From contig CAZZPP010000004.1 of the NCBI GenBank assembly GCA_964655705.1, forward strand, positions 15,338 to 79,337: 64,000 bases of DNA, written 5' to 3'. The notes under the pieces are model-generated. The model saw only the letters and a program-made list of their open reading frames with translations. It was not told the origin of the DNA and did no database searches. The DNA is from an uncultured Candidatus Saccharibacteria bacterium (GTDB taxonomy: Bacteria > Patescibacteriota > Dojkabacteria > SC72). The position numbers and the translations under genes are program-made. Of this stretch, positions 38,095 to 47,442 are shown one piece after another. The first letter of the stretch is position 1; the number at the start of each line of letters is the position of its first letter.

Positions 38095-38727
38095 ATGGGT
38101 ACATTAGAAAATAGCGAGAGAAAAGTTGAATATGTTAAGATGGTTAAACAGGGACCAAACAAGAAGTCAGAGATGATTTTTACTGGCCTTACATATATAG
38201 CGGCTGTTTTACTAATAGCATTAGCTATTGTTCCTACAATTAAAACAGTTCGTGGTATAGATAATGAGATTAAGGAGAAAGAAAGAGTTTCGGCTGCTTT
38301 AAAGAGTAAATTACAGGCTTTAACAAGTTTAGATGGTCAATACAATAGTAATAAGGATGCCTTTGAGGATATTACCTTAATATTTCCAACCAACGAGAAT
38401 TTCAGTCTTCTTTTAGCCAATATTGATCCAATTGTTACAAGAAATGGTTTTGTTCTTAAGAATCTCTCTTTCTCTGAGATTAAAAATTCTTCAAAAGGGG
38501 ATAGCTATTCAGTTAGTACGAAGGTTTTAGTACCATATTCAGTACGATTAAGTGTAGATGGAAACAGATCGAATCTAATACCTTTTCTTAAAGCGTTAGA
38601 GGTTTTGCCTATGTATCCTGTGGTTGAAGGAATATCTTACAGTGGAGATGTGTTAGAAGATGGTTCTACTAGTTATTCAATTACCATCAGGGTGTACCAA
38701 ATTGAGGATGTAAACTTTTATAATTAA
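38095..38727 (+). CDS. PilO-like alignment protein
   Basis: TM, coiled coil, VRLSVDGNRSNLIPFLKALE. Confidence 0.75.
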   Translation: MGTLENSERKVEYVKMVKQGPNKKSEMIFTGLTYIAAVLLIALAIVPTIKTVRGIDNEIKEKERVSAALKSKLQALTSLDGQYNSNKDAFEDITLIFPTNENFSLLLANIDPIVTRNGFVLKNLSFSEIKNSSKGDSYSVSTKVLVPYSVRLSVDGNRSNLIPFLKALEVLPMYPVVEGISYSGDVLEDGSTSYSITIRVYQIEDVNFYN

Positions 38728-38730
38728 AGT

Positions 38731-38985
38731 ATGGAGATATTTAGAAAATATTTTTTTGTAATCCTTTTAGCTATTATCATAGCAATAGTGTGGGGAGGTG
38801 TATTGATATATTCTAAGAGATCTTTTTCAACAATGAATGATAATGCTAAACAATATACTGAGCCTCTTAATCCTACCTTTGATGATGAGGTATTAAATGA
38901 TGTGTCAAAAAGAATAGATAGTGAGTATGCAATTCCTCCTAGTTCATTCTTTGATATGGAGAAGGATCAAGAAAGTAGTAATTAA
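38731..38985 (+). CDS. Small membrane protein following pilO-like gene
   Basis: Single TM then [11 protein letters not shown]; tight coupling. Confidence 0.6.
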   Translation: MEIFRKYFFVILLAIIIAIVWGGVLIYSKRSFSTMNDNAKQYTEPLNPTFDDEVLNDVSKRIDSEYAIPPSSFFDMEKDQESSN

Positions 38986-40067
38986 GTATTTATATAGTCA
39001 TCTAATTTCTTTTCTGAGGATTTTTCTTTTAGTTTCTTAAGTGCTTTAGCCTCTATTTGCCTTATTCTTTCTCTTGTTACCCCAAACTCTCTTCCTACTT
39101 CTTCTAAGGTTCTAGTAACACCATCTGTAAGACCAAATCTCAAAGAAAGGACCTTTCTTTCTCTGTCTTGTAATGAATCTAATATATCCTTAAGTTGATT
39201 TTTTAGATATTCAGAAGTAGCAAAATCCTCTGGGCTTTGTGACCATTCATCAGGTAGGATATCTTGAAGTTTAGAATCCTTTTCATCGCCAATTGGAGTC
39301 GCAAGTGAAGAGGGATTCTGCTTAATCTTTCTAATCTCTGCAATCTTTTCAAGTTCAATATCCATCTCTTTTGCTATCTCTTCATCAGTAGGTTGTCTTC
39401 CCAATCTAGTAGTTAAGGTCCCATTTACCTTGTTAAATTTGTTAATGGTTTCAATCATATGTACAGGGACACGTATAGTTCTAGCTTGGTCAGCTATGGC
39501 TCTAGTTATAGCTTGTCTGATCCACCATGTCGCATAGGTAGAGAATTTAAAGCCCTTGTGATAGTCAAATTTCTCAACAGCTCTCATTAGGCCAATATTA
39601 CCCTCCTGAATCAAATCTAAGAGCTCTAGACCACTCTTACTATACTTTTTAGCAATACTAACTACTAATCTAAGATTAGCAGTAATTAGAAGCTGTCCAG
39701 CCTCTTTATCTCCATTCTCAATCCTTTTAGCAAGAATAACCTCTTCCTCTCCTGTTAAAAGGGGAATTTTTCCTATTTCGAAAAGATATGACCTTATCGC
39801 ATCTGTAGACAGGCTTGATTGTATGGTTTTAAGAATCCTAATCTTTTTCTCTAAGGTTAAATCCTCATTCCCTGTAGTTACATCCTCCTCTGGTTCTAGT
39901 ACCTCTACTTCGTTATCCTGTAACTCCTTAAAGATATCATCTAAAAGAACAATATCCTCTTCAATAGTTGGGAATACCTCTAATATATCCTCTTGAGAAA
40001 GAAATCCCTGTTCCTTTCCCTTCTTAACTAATTCTGCAATATATTTAGATTTAGTTGAGTTACTCAT
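38982..40067 (-). CDS. rpoD: Primary sigma factor
   Basis: Region 1.1 [61 protein letters not shown]. Confidence 0.97.
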   Translation of the reverse strand: MSNSTKSKYIAELVKKGKEQGFLSQEDILEVFPTIEEDIVLLDDIFKELQDNEVEVLEPEEDVTTGNEDLTLEKKIRILKTIQSSLSTDAIRSYLFEIGKIPLLTGEEEVILAKRIENGDKEAGQLLITANLRLVVSIAKKYSKSGLELLDLIQEGNIGLMRAVEKFDYHKGFKFSTYATWWIRQAITRAIADQARTIRVPVHMIETINKFNKVNGTLTTRLGRQPTDEEIAKEMDIELEKIAEIRKIKQNPSSLATPIGDEKDSKLQDILPDEWSQSPEDFATSEYLKNQLKDILDSLQDRERKVLSLRFGLTDGVTRTLEEVGREFGVTRERIRQIEAKALKKLKEKSSEKKLDDYINT

Positions 40068-40094
40068 AGAATTGATATGGTATAATTTTATATT

Positions 40095-40439
40095 ATGGTA
40101 AAAGTACTTAACAAAAACAATTTAGATGAAAAGAAACAATTCTTTATTGATACAATCGCTAAATTTTGTGATAAATGTGGCCAACCTTATACAAAGGATG
40201 ATTTAGAAATAATTCAGGACACGAACATATCGAGTATTATACACTTTTCTTGCTCAAATTGTAAATCTAATCACATAGCAACATATTTCAAACCAATTGG
40301 ATTAAGTAACAGAATGCCAATTAATACAGATCTAGAAATAGAAGAAATTGGGAAATATGCATCAATGAATGAAACATCAGTGGAAGAAATCTTAGATTTA
40401 TACCTCCATCTCAAGGGTAATCCAGGAGTAACTATATAA
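40095..40439 (+). CDS. Zn-ribbon hypothetical protein
   Basis: FCDKCG...HFSCSNCK. Confidence 0.7.
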   Translation: MVKVLNKNNLDEKKQFFIDTIAKFCDKCGQPYTKDDLEIIQDTNISSIIHFSCSNCKSNHIATYFKPIGLSNRMPINTDLEIEEIGKYASMNETSVEEILDLYLHLKGNPGVTI

Positions 40440-43424
40440 CTATCTTTGCCAAGACAGGAAGAAATGTTCGTCAGAGGAGAGTTCAAACCTCCTGTTTACA
40501 TTATTTTCAATTCTAGTTAATCCTTCGCTACTTTCAATAATCCAATCTTCTGGATAGCTTAGAGAGAAGTTATATGCGTCCTTTCTACTCCCTGGCTGTT
40601 TAAATATATCAATATCCATTTCATAGTGAGTATCAGTTTTTTGTATTAGGAAGTTTGTATCTGAATTCCCCTTGTTAATATTGTATTTTACTTCAAGAGT
40701 TAATGTCTCTTTGATTGGAATATTAAACCATCCAGCTACTACCTTAAAGCCATCTTCCTCATACACATCATATTGATTATCAGTCATTCCCCTTATTCCC
40801 GTAACTTGAGCATCAAAAGGTATGTATATTCTAATATAGTTTGTATACTCACCCTGGGGATATTCATCCTTAGTTGAGTCATTTTGTATTGCTATTTGAT
40901 ATGTATAGTCAATTGTGGATTCATCTTTTACGGATATATTTAATATGTGATTCTTTTTGATATATAGGTTTGCTTTGTTTACTCCCCAGTTCCAATCAAT
41001 ATTAATTGGGGAACTTAAAAATTTTGCATCTAAGTTAGTAATCCACCCACTGTCATCGATATATGCTTTAGCAAGGCTGTTTTTAAATGTAAATAGGATA
41101 TGTTTCTCATCTATTGACTCTTCAATTGTCTGATACAGATCATCGTTTTCAGTTAACGTAGTTGAAAAGATTTTAGTAATTACAGAATTGAAAAAGTCTG
41201 TTAAGAAAACAGAACCTCTACTATCAGTGGGGGATTGAGCAGAAGAATCCTCTATGATATTTGCATAGAGATTTTCAGATGTAATTAAAGCACTCTCTCC
41301 TGGTACCTCTATTCCTCCCCACCTATCAATTAATCTTTGTATGAAGACTGTATCTAATGTCACTATTCCATCTAAAGACTCTCCTTTACCTAGGTCATAG
41401 ATATATTGTTCAGAGGAGAGTAATACGCTTTCTAAGTTAGGATTCCAATTAACTAGTGGAAAAGAGAAAGCAGATCCTTTTAGAGCTCTTAACATGGAAT
41501 TTGGTGTCTTGTATACATTACTCTTTAATCTTAAAAGCGCTTGTGCATTGTAAATATCATCTACAAAAAGTTCAACTATTTGTCCATCCTCTATGGCTAC
41601 TACTGCATAGTTAGAAATCCATCCTCCAGTACTACGTATCTCTCCATTATCTTGAAGAAGAATTAAGTATCTTTTTCTTTCATTTAGACCTAGGATATCT
41701 GGTAGAAACTCAGAGACTTTCTCCAAGGGTTTAACAGTATCATATATCTTTGTTACAAGTTCTTGATATTCATAGATGGTGTCTCTTAAAGAGTTAGGAT
41801 ATTTTCTAGTGTCTGCTGTAGAGATGAGATTTTGGGCTAGAGAGATCTTGTATACTCCTTCTCTCAAAAGATATCTATTTGTATCCATTGCTTCTAGATA
41901 TTGGCTATACTCTTTCCTGTTGCTATCATCATTTACAGAGGGTTGGAAATCTCGGATATATTCTCCTAAGGGTCTAAGGCCCACAACTAGATTTTCTCCA
42001 CTTTCTGCAATATATTTAGTACCTTGGATAATCTGATACAGGTTTGTATATTCATCTTGTATATTCCCAAGTTGGAAAATCCAGTACAGTTTGTTAAAGT
42101 TATCTTCTACTCTGGTAATGTTTGTAGAAAGAGATCTAGTATTTTTCTCAATTTCATCAAAATCAAGTTCAGACACCGAAGTCGTTAACTTCTTTCCCTG
42201 TTTATATACAATTAATCCACCTAAAGAGACACCAATTATTGGGGCAATTAGGTAGTAGATTAGTAAAAGAAAGAGTATTCCAAGAAATATGTTTTTAAAT
42301 ATCTTGTAATAGTTAATCTCTTTGAAAAGTGACTTAGGGTCTTTCATCTTCTTAAAAGGTTTTAAAAGAGAGGATACAAGTACACCTAGTTTTGTTTTTG
42401 ACACACTACTTTGTTCAGTATGAGAATTTACTCTTTCTGTTTTGTCAATATCCCATCTCTTATCTGATTTCTCGTAATATGCTTGTACTTGTTCTATGGT
42501 GGACTCTTCTAATGTAACATTTTGTTTCCATCCATATACAGAGGCGTGAGGTGCAGGTACGTAAAGGTCTTGAAGTATGGTATTTTCATACTCTTTTTCA
42601 ACAAATTTAATAGCCTTTGCTTCAACATCTAATTCCAGGAGTTTGTATGCTATGGAGAGAGTAGAATACTCATTCTTGTTACACAGGGTAATTACCTCCC
42701 CCTTTGTTTCATCAGAGAATGTAAGTTTCAAAATCCCATATACTGCATCACTTTCATGAATTAGATTATGAATTTCTAGACCCTCTCCTTCAATATCAAT
42801 CTGATGTTTCGAAGTAGCATCGTAAAAGAGTTTGTTAAGGGTTAAATCCCTAATCTCATTAATACCTCTTCCTACAAGTGTACCAAGCCTAATTATCCTT
42901 AAATTAGCCTTGGTCTTGTCTACATACTCCGCAGAGAAATTCTCTCCATATCTTTGTAATTCTAGGGGAGAGTAGGAATTACTCTTACCCGATTGATCAT
43001 TATTGATGATATTAGAAAGTTCTCTATTTAACTTTAATGAGGTAATCAACGATATCTTAGCCTTATATTTATTTGCAGAGGTTAGACTCTGATTAAGGTA
43101 GTCTGTTTCAGAGAGAAAGTCTTTGCTATCAACACTCTTCCTATCTTGCACTTCCTCTCCTAGCATATAGTAGAGGTAGTCTATTCTTGCTATCTTTTCA
43201 TAGAATGCTTTAATCCCTTTAAAATCAATGAAACTTACTCTACCAGTTTTCTTAAGTTCAGTAAAATACTGTTTTGAAGTATTAGTATATTTATCAATGA
43301 TTACTACATGACTACCTTGTTCTAGCAAGGTTTTTGCTAAGAGAAAAGATATGTAGTTACCACCATGAACAATAACAGAAACTGGTACCTGTCCTTTAAT
43401 TTTACTTAAATCTTCTTTACTCAT
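40440..43424 (-). CDS. Degenerate NAD-dependent epimerase/SDR fused to TM and DUF4012-like ectodomain
   Basis: VIVHGGNYIS...VVIIDKY, IHESDAVYGI; TM; YLILLQDNGEIRSTGGWISNY, VNWNPN, NKANLY, FKQPG. Confidence 0.75.
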   Translation of the reverse strand: MSKEDLSKIKGQVPVSVIVHGGNYISFLLAKTLLEQGSHVVIIDKYTNTSKQYFTELKKTGRVSFIDFKGIKAFYEKIARIDYLYYMLGEEVQDRKSVDSKDFLSETDYLNQSLTSANKYKAKISLITSLKLNRELSNIINNDQSGKSNSYSPLELQRYGENFSAEYVDKTKANLRIIRLGTLVGRGINEIRDLTLNKLFYDATSKHQIDIEGEGLEIHNLIHESDAVYGILKLTFSDETKGEVITLCNKNEYSTLSIAYKLLELDVEAKAIKFVEKEYENTILQDLYVPAPHASVYGWKQNVTLEESTIEQVQAYYEKSDKRWDIDKTERVNSHTEQSSVSKTKLGVLVSSLLKPFKKMKDPKSLFKEINYYKIFKNIFLGILFLLLIYYLIAPIIGVSLGGLIVYKQGKKLTTSVSELDFDEIEKNTRSLSTNITRVEDNFNKLYWIFQLGNIQDEYTNLYQIIQGTKYIAESGENLVVGLRPLGEYIRDFQPSVNDDSNRKEYSQYLEAMDTNRYLLREGVYKISLAQNLISTADTRKYPNSLRDTIYEYQELVTKIYDTVKPLEKVSEFLPDILGLNERKRYLILLQDNGEIRSTGGWISNYAVVAIEDGQIVELFVDDIYNAQALLRLKSNVYKTPNSMLRALKGSAFSFPLVNWNPNLESVLLSSEQYIYDLGKGESLDGIVTLDTVFIQRLIDRWGGIEVPGESALITSENLYANIIEDSSAQSPTDSRGSVFLTDFFNSVITKIFSTTLTENDDLYQTIEESIDEKHILFTFKNSLAKAYIDDSGWITNLDAKFLSSPINIDWNWGVNKANLYIKKNHILNISVKDESTIDYTYQIAIQNDSTKDEYPQGEYTNYIRIYIPFDAQVTGIRGMTDNQYDVYEEDGFKVVAGWFNIPIKETLTLEVKYNINKGNSDTNFLIQKTDTHYEMDIDIFKQPGSRKDAYNFSLSYPEDWIIESSEGLTRIENNVNRRFELSSDEHFFLSWQR

Positions 43425-44067
43425 TTTCCTGTTCTAATTCAAAAGTAATTGGTATTGGGAATTGATATACTTTAACATTTAGTATATGTCCCTCAACAAG
43501 AATAATTGGGAACTCCAAATCTTCAAAATCTTGCGTAACTACCTTAATATTATACTCTCCTTTTGGTAATGAAAGATTAGTAATCGGGGTAGTATCCTTG
43601 TATTCCTTGTTTATGTAAACCTTAGTTCCATCATTACTAGATGTTAAAGTTAATTTCCCATTTCCTTTCTCAACGGTATTCTCTTGTGTGTAGTAAAGAA
43701 GGAAGCCGTGAAGGGTGTCATCTGGCCCTATTTCCATATTTATTCTTGAGGTAGAGTTCTTAGTTAGTTCAATATTGAATATATGGGTTTTGTAAAAATC
43801 TTCTGTATCAGATTCCCTTGTTAACTTAACTTCATATTTACCTGCAACAAGGTTTGTAATGTTAGAGGGGGTATTTCCATAATCCTTGTTATCTATTTCT
43901 ACAAGAGCTTTACCATTAGGAGTAGTTATTTCTAAATTTGTGTTACGATAGAAGCCTTTTAGAATGGGAATATTCTTAGAGATATCTTTCAGCGGAAAGA
44001 AGAAAAAGAATATTGAAAGAGATATAACTAAAGATATTAAAATAATGGCAGTTTTTGGCTTTTTCAT
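43417..44067 (-). CDS. PEGA-domain protein
   Basis: N-terminal TM; two PEGA-like repeats (YGNTP...LVAGKYEV; DTTP...LPKGEYNI). Confidence 0.8.
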   Translation of the reverse strand: MKKPKTAIILISLVISLSIFFFFFPLKDISKNIPILKGFYRNTNLEITTPNGKALVEIDNKDYGNTPSNITNLVAGKYEVKLTRESDTEDFYKTHIFNIELTKNSTSRINMEIGPDDTLHGFLLYYTQENTVEKGNGKLTLTSSNDGTKVYINKEYKDTTPITNLSLPKGEYNIKVVTQDFEDLEFPIILVEGHILNVKVYQFPIPITFELEQENE

Positions 44068-44108
44068 ACACCTTTATTATATTGAAGGTAGTACTATTTG
44101 TCTAGGAA

Positions 44109-45317
44109 CTAGTAAGAGTACTTAGATTCTGGGGAGTGTTCCTTTTTAATTCCCTTTGTTCTTGCTCTGTAATTAATATATACAACAAAGCCTATTACAG
44201 CAGCAATTCCAAATATTAATGCAAAGTATCTAAGAGCTCCAGTAGAGAGAATTGCGAATGATCCAATTAAAAGTGAAACAGAGGTTTCAATCAAGAGAAT
44301 CTGTTTGTTTGAGAAGTTAAGTTTTAGTAACTGGTGATGTAGGTGTGAAGTATCATTTATTTTCATTAATTCGATCGGGTTTTTAGGCTTGTAAGTAATA
44401 TATCGATATATTATTACATAGATTGAATCAATAATTGGAAGTGCTAAAAGCATTATGGTAGTTGAGAACTTAACCCCACTTATCAATGCAAAAACGCTAA
44501 TCAAAAATCCATATACACTCTTCCCACTAGAACCTGACATAATTTTTTGAGGAGGGAATGCAAAGAACAGTAGGGATATTAATGATCCTGATATTAACAA
44601 TCCAAAAGTACTTGAAAAAAGAGAGAATGTCCTTATCCCAATTACAAAAAGTAGGAGAAAAATTGAGAGTGAGTACGATTCGACTAATCCAGGAGAACCT
44701 CCTACCCATTTAACGGAGTTAATACAAAGTAGTATCCATACCATTAAGATTAAGTCTCCAGGAAATACAAAAGAGATTGGAATTGAGAAGAGATCTGGAC
44801 TCCAGGTAAAACTACTTAGATTTAAGAAATCGTTAGTAAAGAAACTGACAAAGGAGAGATCTATTACCGAAAAAGCTATTATTCCTGCAGCTATTAATTG
44901 ATATCCAAGTTGTACCTTAGAGGGGAGATTATATATATCATCTAGCACTGCTCCTACAACTAATACTAATATACTGAGTAATATTGGTATTGTAAAAGAA
45001 TCTAATCTGAAGAATAGGAGTATTCCAATTATCAGAGGTATGGCAATAGCTAATCCCCCTAATGCAGGTGTTTCTCTATCATGGATAGCCTTTTGGGGAT
45101 TGTCATACTCTCTGTTTTTTCTTTTGCTTCTTGGTTTGTATGTAATTCCATATTTTGTTGCTATACCTCCAATTACAGGAATAATTAAGAATGAAAATAT
45201 TAATCCGAAGAGTAGTACTGGCCAATAATTTAAATACTTTGCATACTCTGAGGATATATTTAGAGTTCCTATTTTTAGAATACTTTCCAATATGTTATTT
45301 GGTATAGATATATCCAT
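44109..45317 (-). CDS. MraY/WecA/TagO-family polyprenyl-phosphate sugar-1-phosphate transferase
   Basis: IHDRETPALGGLAI, GAVLDD, HLHHQLL; about 11 TMs. Confidence 0.85.
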   Translation of the reverse strand: MDISIPNNILESILKIGTLNISSEYAKYLNYWPVLLFGLIFSFLIIPVIGGIATKYGITYKPRSKRKNREYDNPQKAIHDRETPALGGLAIAIPLIIGILLFFRLDSFTIPILLSILVLVVGAVLDDIYNLPSKVQLGYQLIAAGIIAFSVIDLSFVSFFTNDFLNLSSFTWSPDLFSIPISFVFPGDLILMVWILLCINSVKWVGGSPGLVESYSLSIFLLLFVIGIRTFSLFSSTFGLLISGSLISLLFFAFPPQKIMSGSSGKSVYGFLISVFALISGVKFSTTIMLLALPIIDSIYVIIYRYITYKPKNPIELMKINDTSHLHHQLLKLNFSNKQILLIETSVSLLIGSFAILSTGALRYFALIFGIAAVIGFVVYINYRARTKGIKKEHSPESKYSY

Positions 45318-45318
45318 T

Positions 45319-45765
45319 TTAAAAAGTAATTGATAATTTTAAAAATATTAAACATAGAGAGACATTTGCTAAAAGGCATACAATTGAAAGTATTTTAGAA
45401 AGTTCTCTCTCCTTGTGATAGTACCTGTTTGAAAGATATATTGTAGAGAAGAGAATAAGTAAGCACATAAGGGGTAACAGGTAGATATATTCATCATATA
45501 CCAATCTTTTTGATGGATTAAGAAAGTAATTAAAAAGAGGAACCTTTTGAGGTATCATGCTTTCTGTCTCTATTAAATATACCTGTGTAATGATTAAAGA
45601 AAGTGATGTAATTATGGTAAACCACGTTAAGGGATCTTTAATATATTTCTTAGTTTCTAATCCTTCGAGCCATAATTCATACTGTTCCTTGTACTTGTAA
45701 TATATGTTTTTAGGAGCATTGTGCAAATTAAGGTCCAACTGCTTCTCTTTCTTCTTTTTCTCCAT
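45319..45765 (-). CDS. Hypothetical membrane protein
   Basis: About 3 TMs, IPQKVPLFNY. Confidence 0.65.
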   Translation of the reverse strand: MEKKKKEKQLDLNLHNAPKNIYYKYKEQYELWLEGLETKKYIKDPLTWFTIITSLSLIITQVYLIETESMIPQKVPLFNYFLNPSKRLVYDEYIYLLPLMCLLILFSTIYLSNRYYHKERELSKILSIVCLLANVSLCLIFLKLSITF

Positions 45766-45786
45766 AACAGTAATTATATCAAAAGA

Positions 45787-46515
45787 CTAGAGCAAATATT
45801 CATATATTTTGATATATTCTTCTAAACCAAGATCTGCGGGTCTAAGATTACGATGTTCATCAGCCCATTTTTCAAATCTTGTCCCTTTAAGATTGTTCCC
45901 TAGTGTTTTTCTTGGTTGTTTGAAAGAGGTATTAATTAATTCTTCAAGGAGTTTGGTATTTACTAATTCTTTTCTGCTTGGCAAAAAGGATATTAAACTA
46001 CTTGTTACGTTAGGTTTAGGTTTAAATGATTGCGGAGATATGTCTAAAATCTTTTTACTTTGTGCATAGATTGATGTTGTAAGAGAAAGTGCAGAGTAAG
46101 GCCTCCGGTATAGATATTTTTGAGCTACCTCTTTCTGAACAATAAAGAGAGATTCTTTGGTAAAGCAAGCATTTTGGATTACTTTTTTAATAATGGGTTT
46201 TGATACATTAAAAGGAAGAGATCCAAAAAAACAAGTTTCTTCTTTTACAATACTTTCAATATCAATATCTAGGAAATCCTTTTTAATTACAGTAATTTGT
46301 GGGAATTGAGTCTCCAATCTTTCTGCAAGTGTATAATCTTTCTCAACAACAATTACATTTTTAAAATTTTTAGCTAATATCTCTGTAAAAAAACCCATAC
46401 CTGGACCGATCTCAATTACAGACTCACAATCAACATCTGAAATTAGGTTTGATATATGTTTACCTAGATTCTCGTTAACAAAGAAATTTTGACCCAGAGA
46501 CCTTTTTGCTTTCAT
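45787..46515 (-). CDS. rsmA: 16S rRNA dimethyladenosine transferase KsgA
   Basis: KRSLGQNF, IEIGPGMG, SLPFNVS, FKPKPNVTS, FKQPRKTL. Confidence 0.93.
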   Translation of the reverse strand: MKAKRSLGQNFFVNENLGKHISNLISDVDCESVIEIGPGMGFFTEILAKNFKNVIVVEKDYTLAERLETQFPQITVIKKDFLDIDIESIVKEETCFFGSLPFNVSKPIIKKVIQNACFTKESLFIVQKEVAQKYLYRRPYSALSLTTSIYAQSKKILDISPQSFKPKPNVTSSLISFLPSRKELVNTKLLEELINTSFKQPRKTLGNNLKGTRFEKWADEHRNLRPADLGLEEYIKIYEYLL

Positions 46516-47442
46516 CTATATTCTAAAATCCCAAATATTTTCTTTCTTAAGATACTCTGTCTTACACTCCTTACATACGGCTTTTTTCTCATCTATTTTT
46601 AACTCTCCCTTACACTTGGGACACAACAAGATATCATTTAGAGTATTAAACTTCTTTGGATTTACATTTTCTTTCTTTACTTCTGCCATTACAAAGATAC
46701 TAGGTGCAATGTTTGCCCAAGAAAGAGTTCTTTGAAAGATGTTCTCCCCAAAAAGAAGAGTTTTACAATCTAGGAATTTTTTAAGGAAGTTAATTCGTAA
46801 AAATGAACAACCATATTTCACTTTAATATCTAAATTGTTTTCTTTAAAGAGCTCATATATATATCTTGGATGGTAGTTGAGAAAAAGTACCTTAGATCCT
46901 TCCTTTGTACCTTCGTAGTTATGTTTGTCTGGTTGTTGATATACCGATCTATTGAAAAAAGACAGATTAAAAGTGAGTAGCGCACGTATAACTGCCTTAA
47001 TATGTACTTTGTTTGCATACTCCTGAATATATATTCCTCCGCTATTAATGATTCTTGATATCTCCTTGGTATATTTCTTTTGCTCCTGAATATGATGTAG
47101 AACCCTAACCATCAATCCAGCCTCAAATGTATTGTTTCTAAAGGGTAAGAAGTAAGCATTAGCAGCAATTAACTGTATATCTGGAAAATCTCTTTTTAAT
47201 CTAGAATAGTTTTTTTGTAATGTTTTTAATGAGTAATCAACTATGACGGGATTTGAGTATTTTTTGTAATACAGTCCTGTTAATCTCCCAAATGAACCCC
47301 CAATATCTACAAACCATTCACCTTCTTTGTTTTTAAGTAATTTCTCTAAAACTAATACCTCAGATTTATGCTCGTACTCTCTTTTACCCCAGTATGTTGA
47401 GTAATCATAGTCATAGGTGTCATAATCCGCTATTTTGTTCAT
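46516..47442 (-). CDS. Class I SAM-dependent methyltransferase with C-terminal Trm112-like Zn ribbon
   Basis: VDIGGSFGR, NAYFLPF, VRVLHH; ILLCPKCKGEL...CKECKTEY...ENIWDF. Confidence 0.82.
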   Translation of the reverse strand: MNKIADYDTYDYDYSTYWGKREYEHKSEVLVLEKLLKNKEGEWFVDIGGSFGRLTGLYYKKYSNPVIVDYSLKTLQKNYSRLKRDFPDIQLIAANAYFLPFRNNTFEAGLMVRVLHHIQEQKKYTKEISRIINSGGIYIQEYANKVHIKAVIRALLTFNLSFFNRSVYQQPDKHNYEGTKEGSKVLFLNYHPRYIYELFKENNLDIKVKYGCSFLRINFLKKFLDCKTLLFGENIFQRTLSWANIAPSIFVMAEVKKENVNPKKFNTLNDILLCPKCKGELKIDEKKAVCKECKTEYLKKENIWDFRI

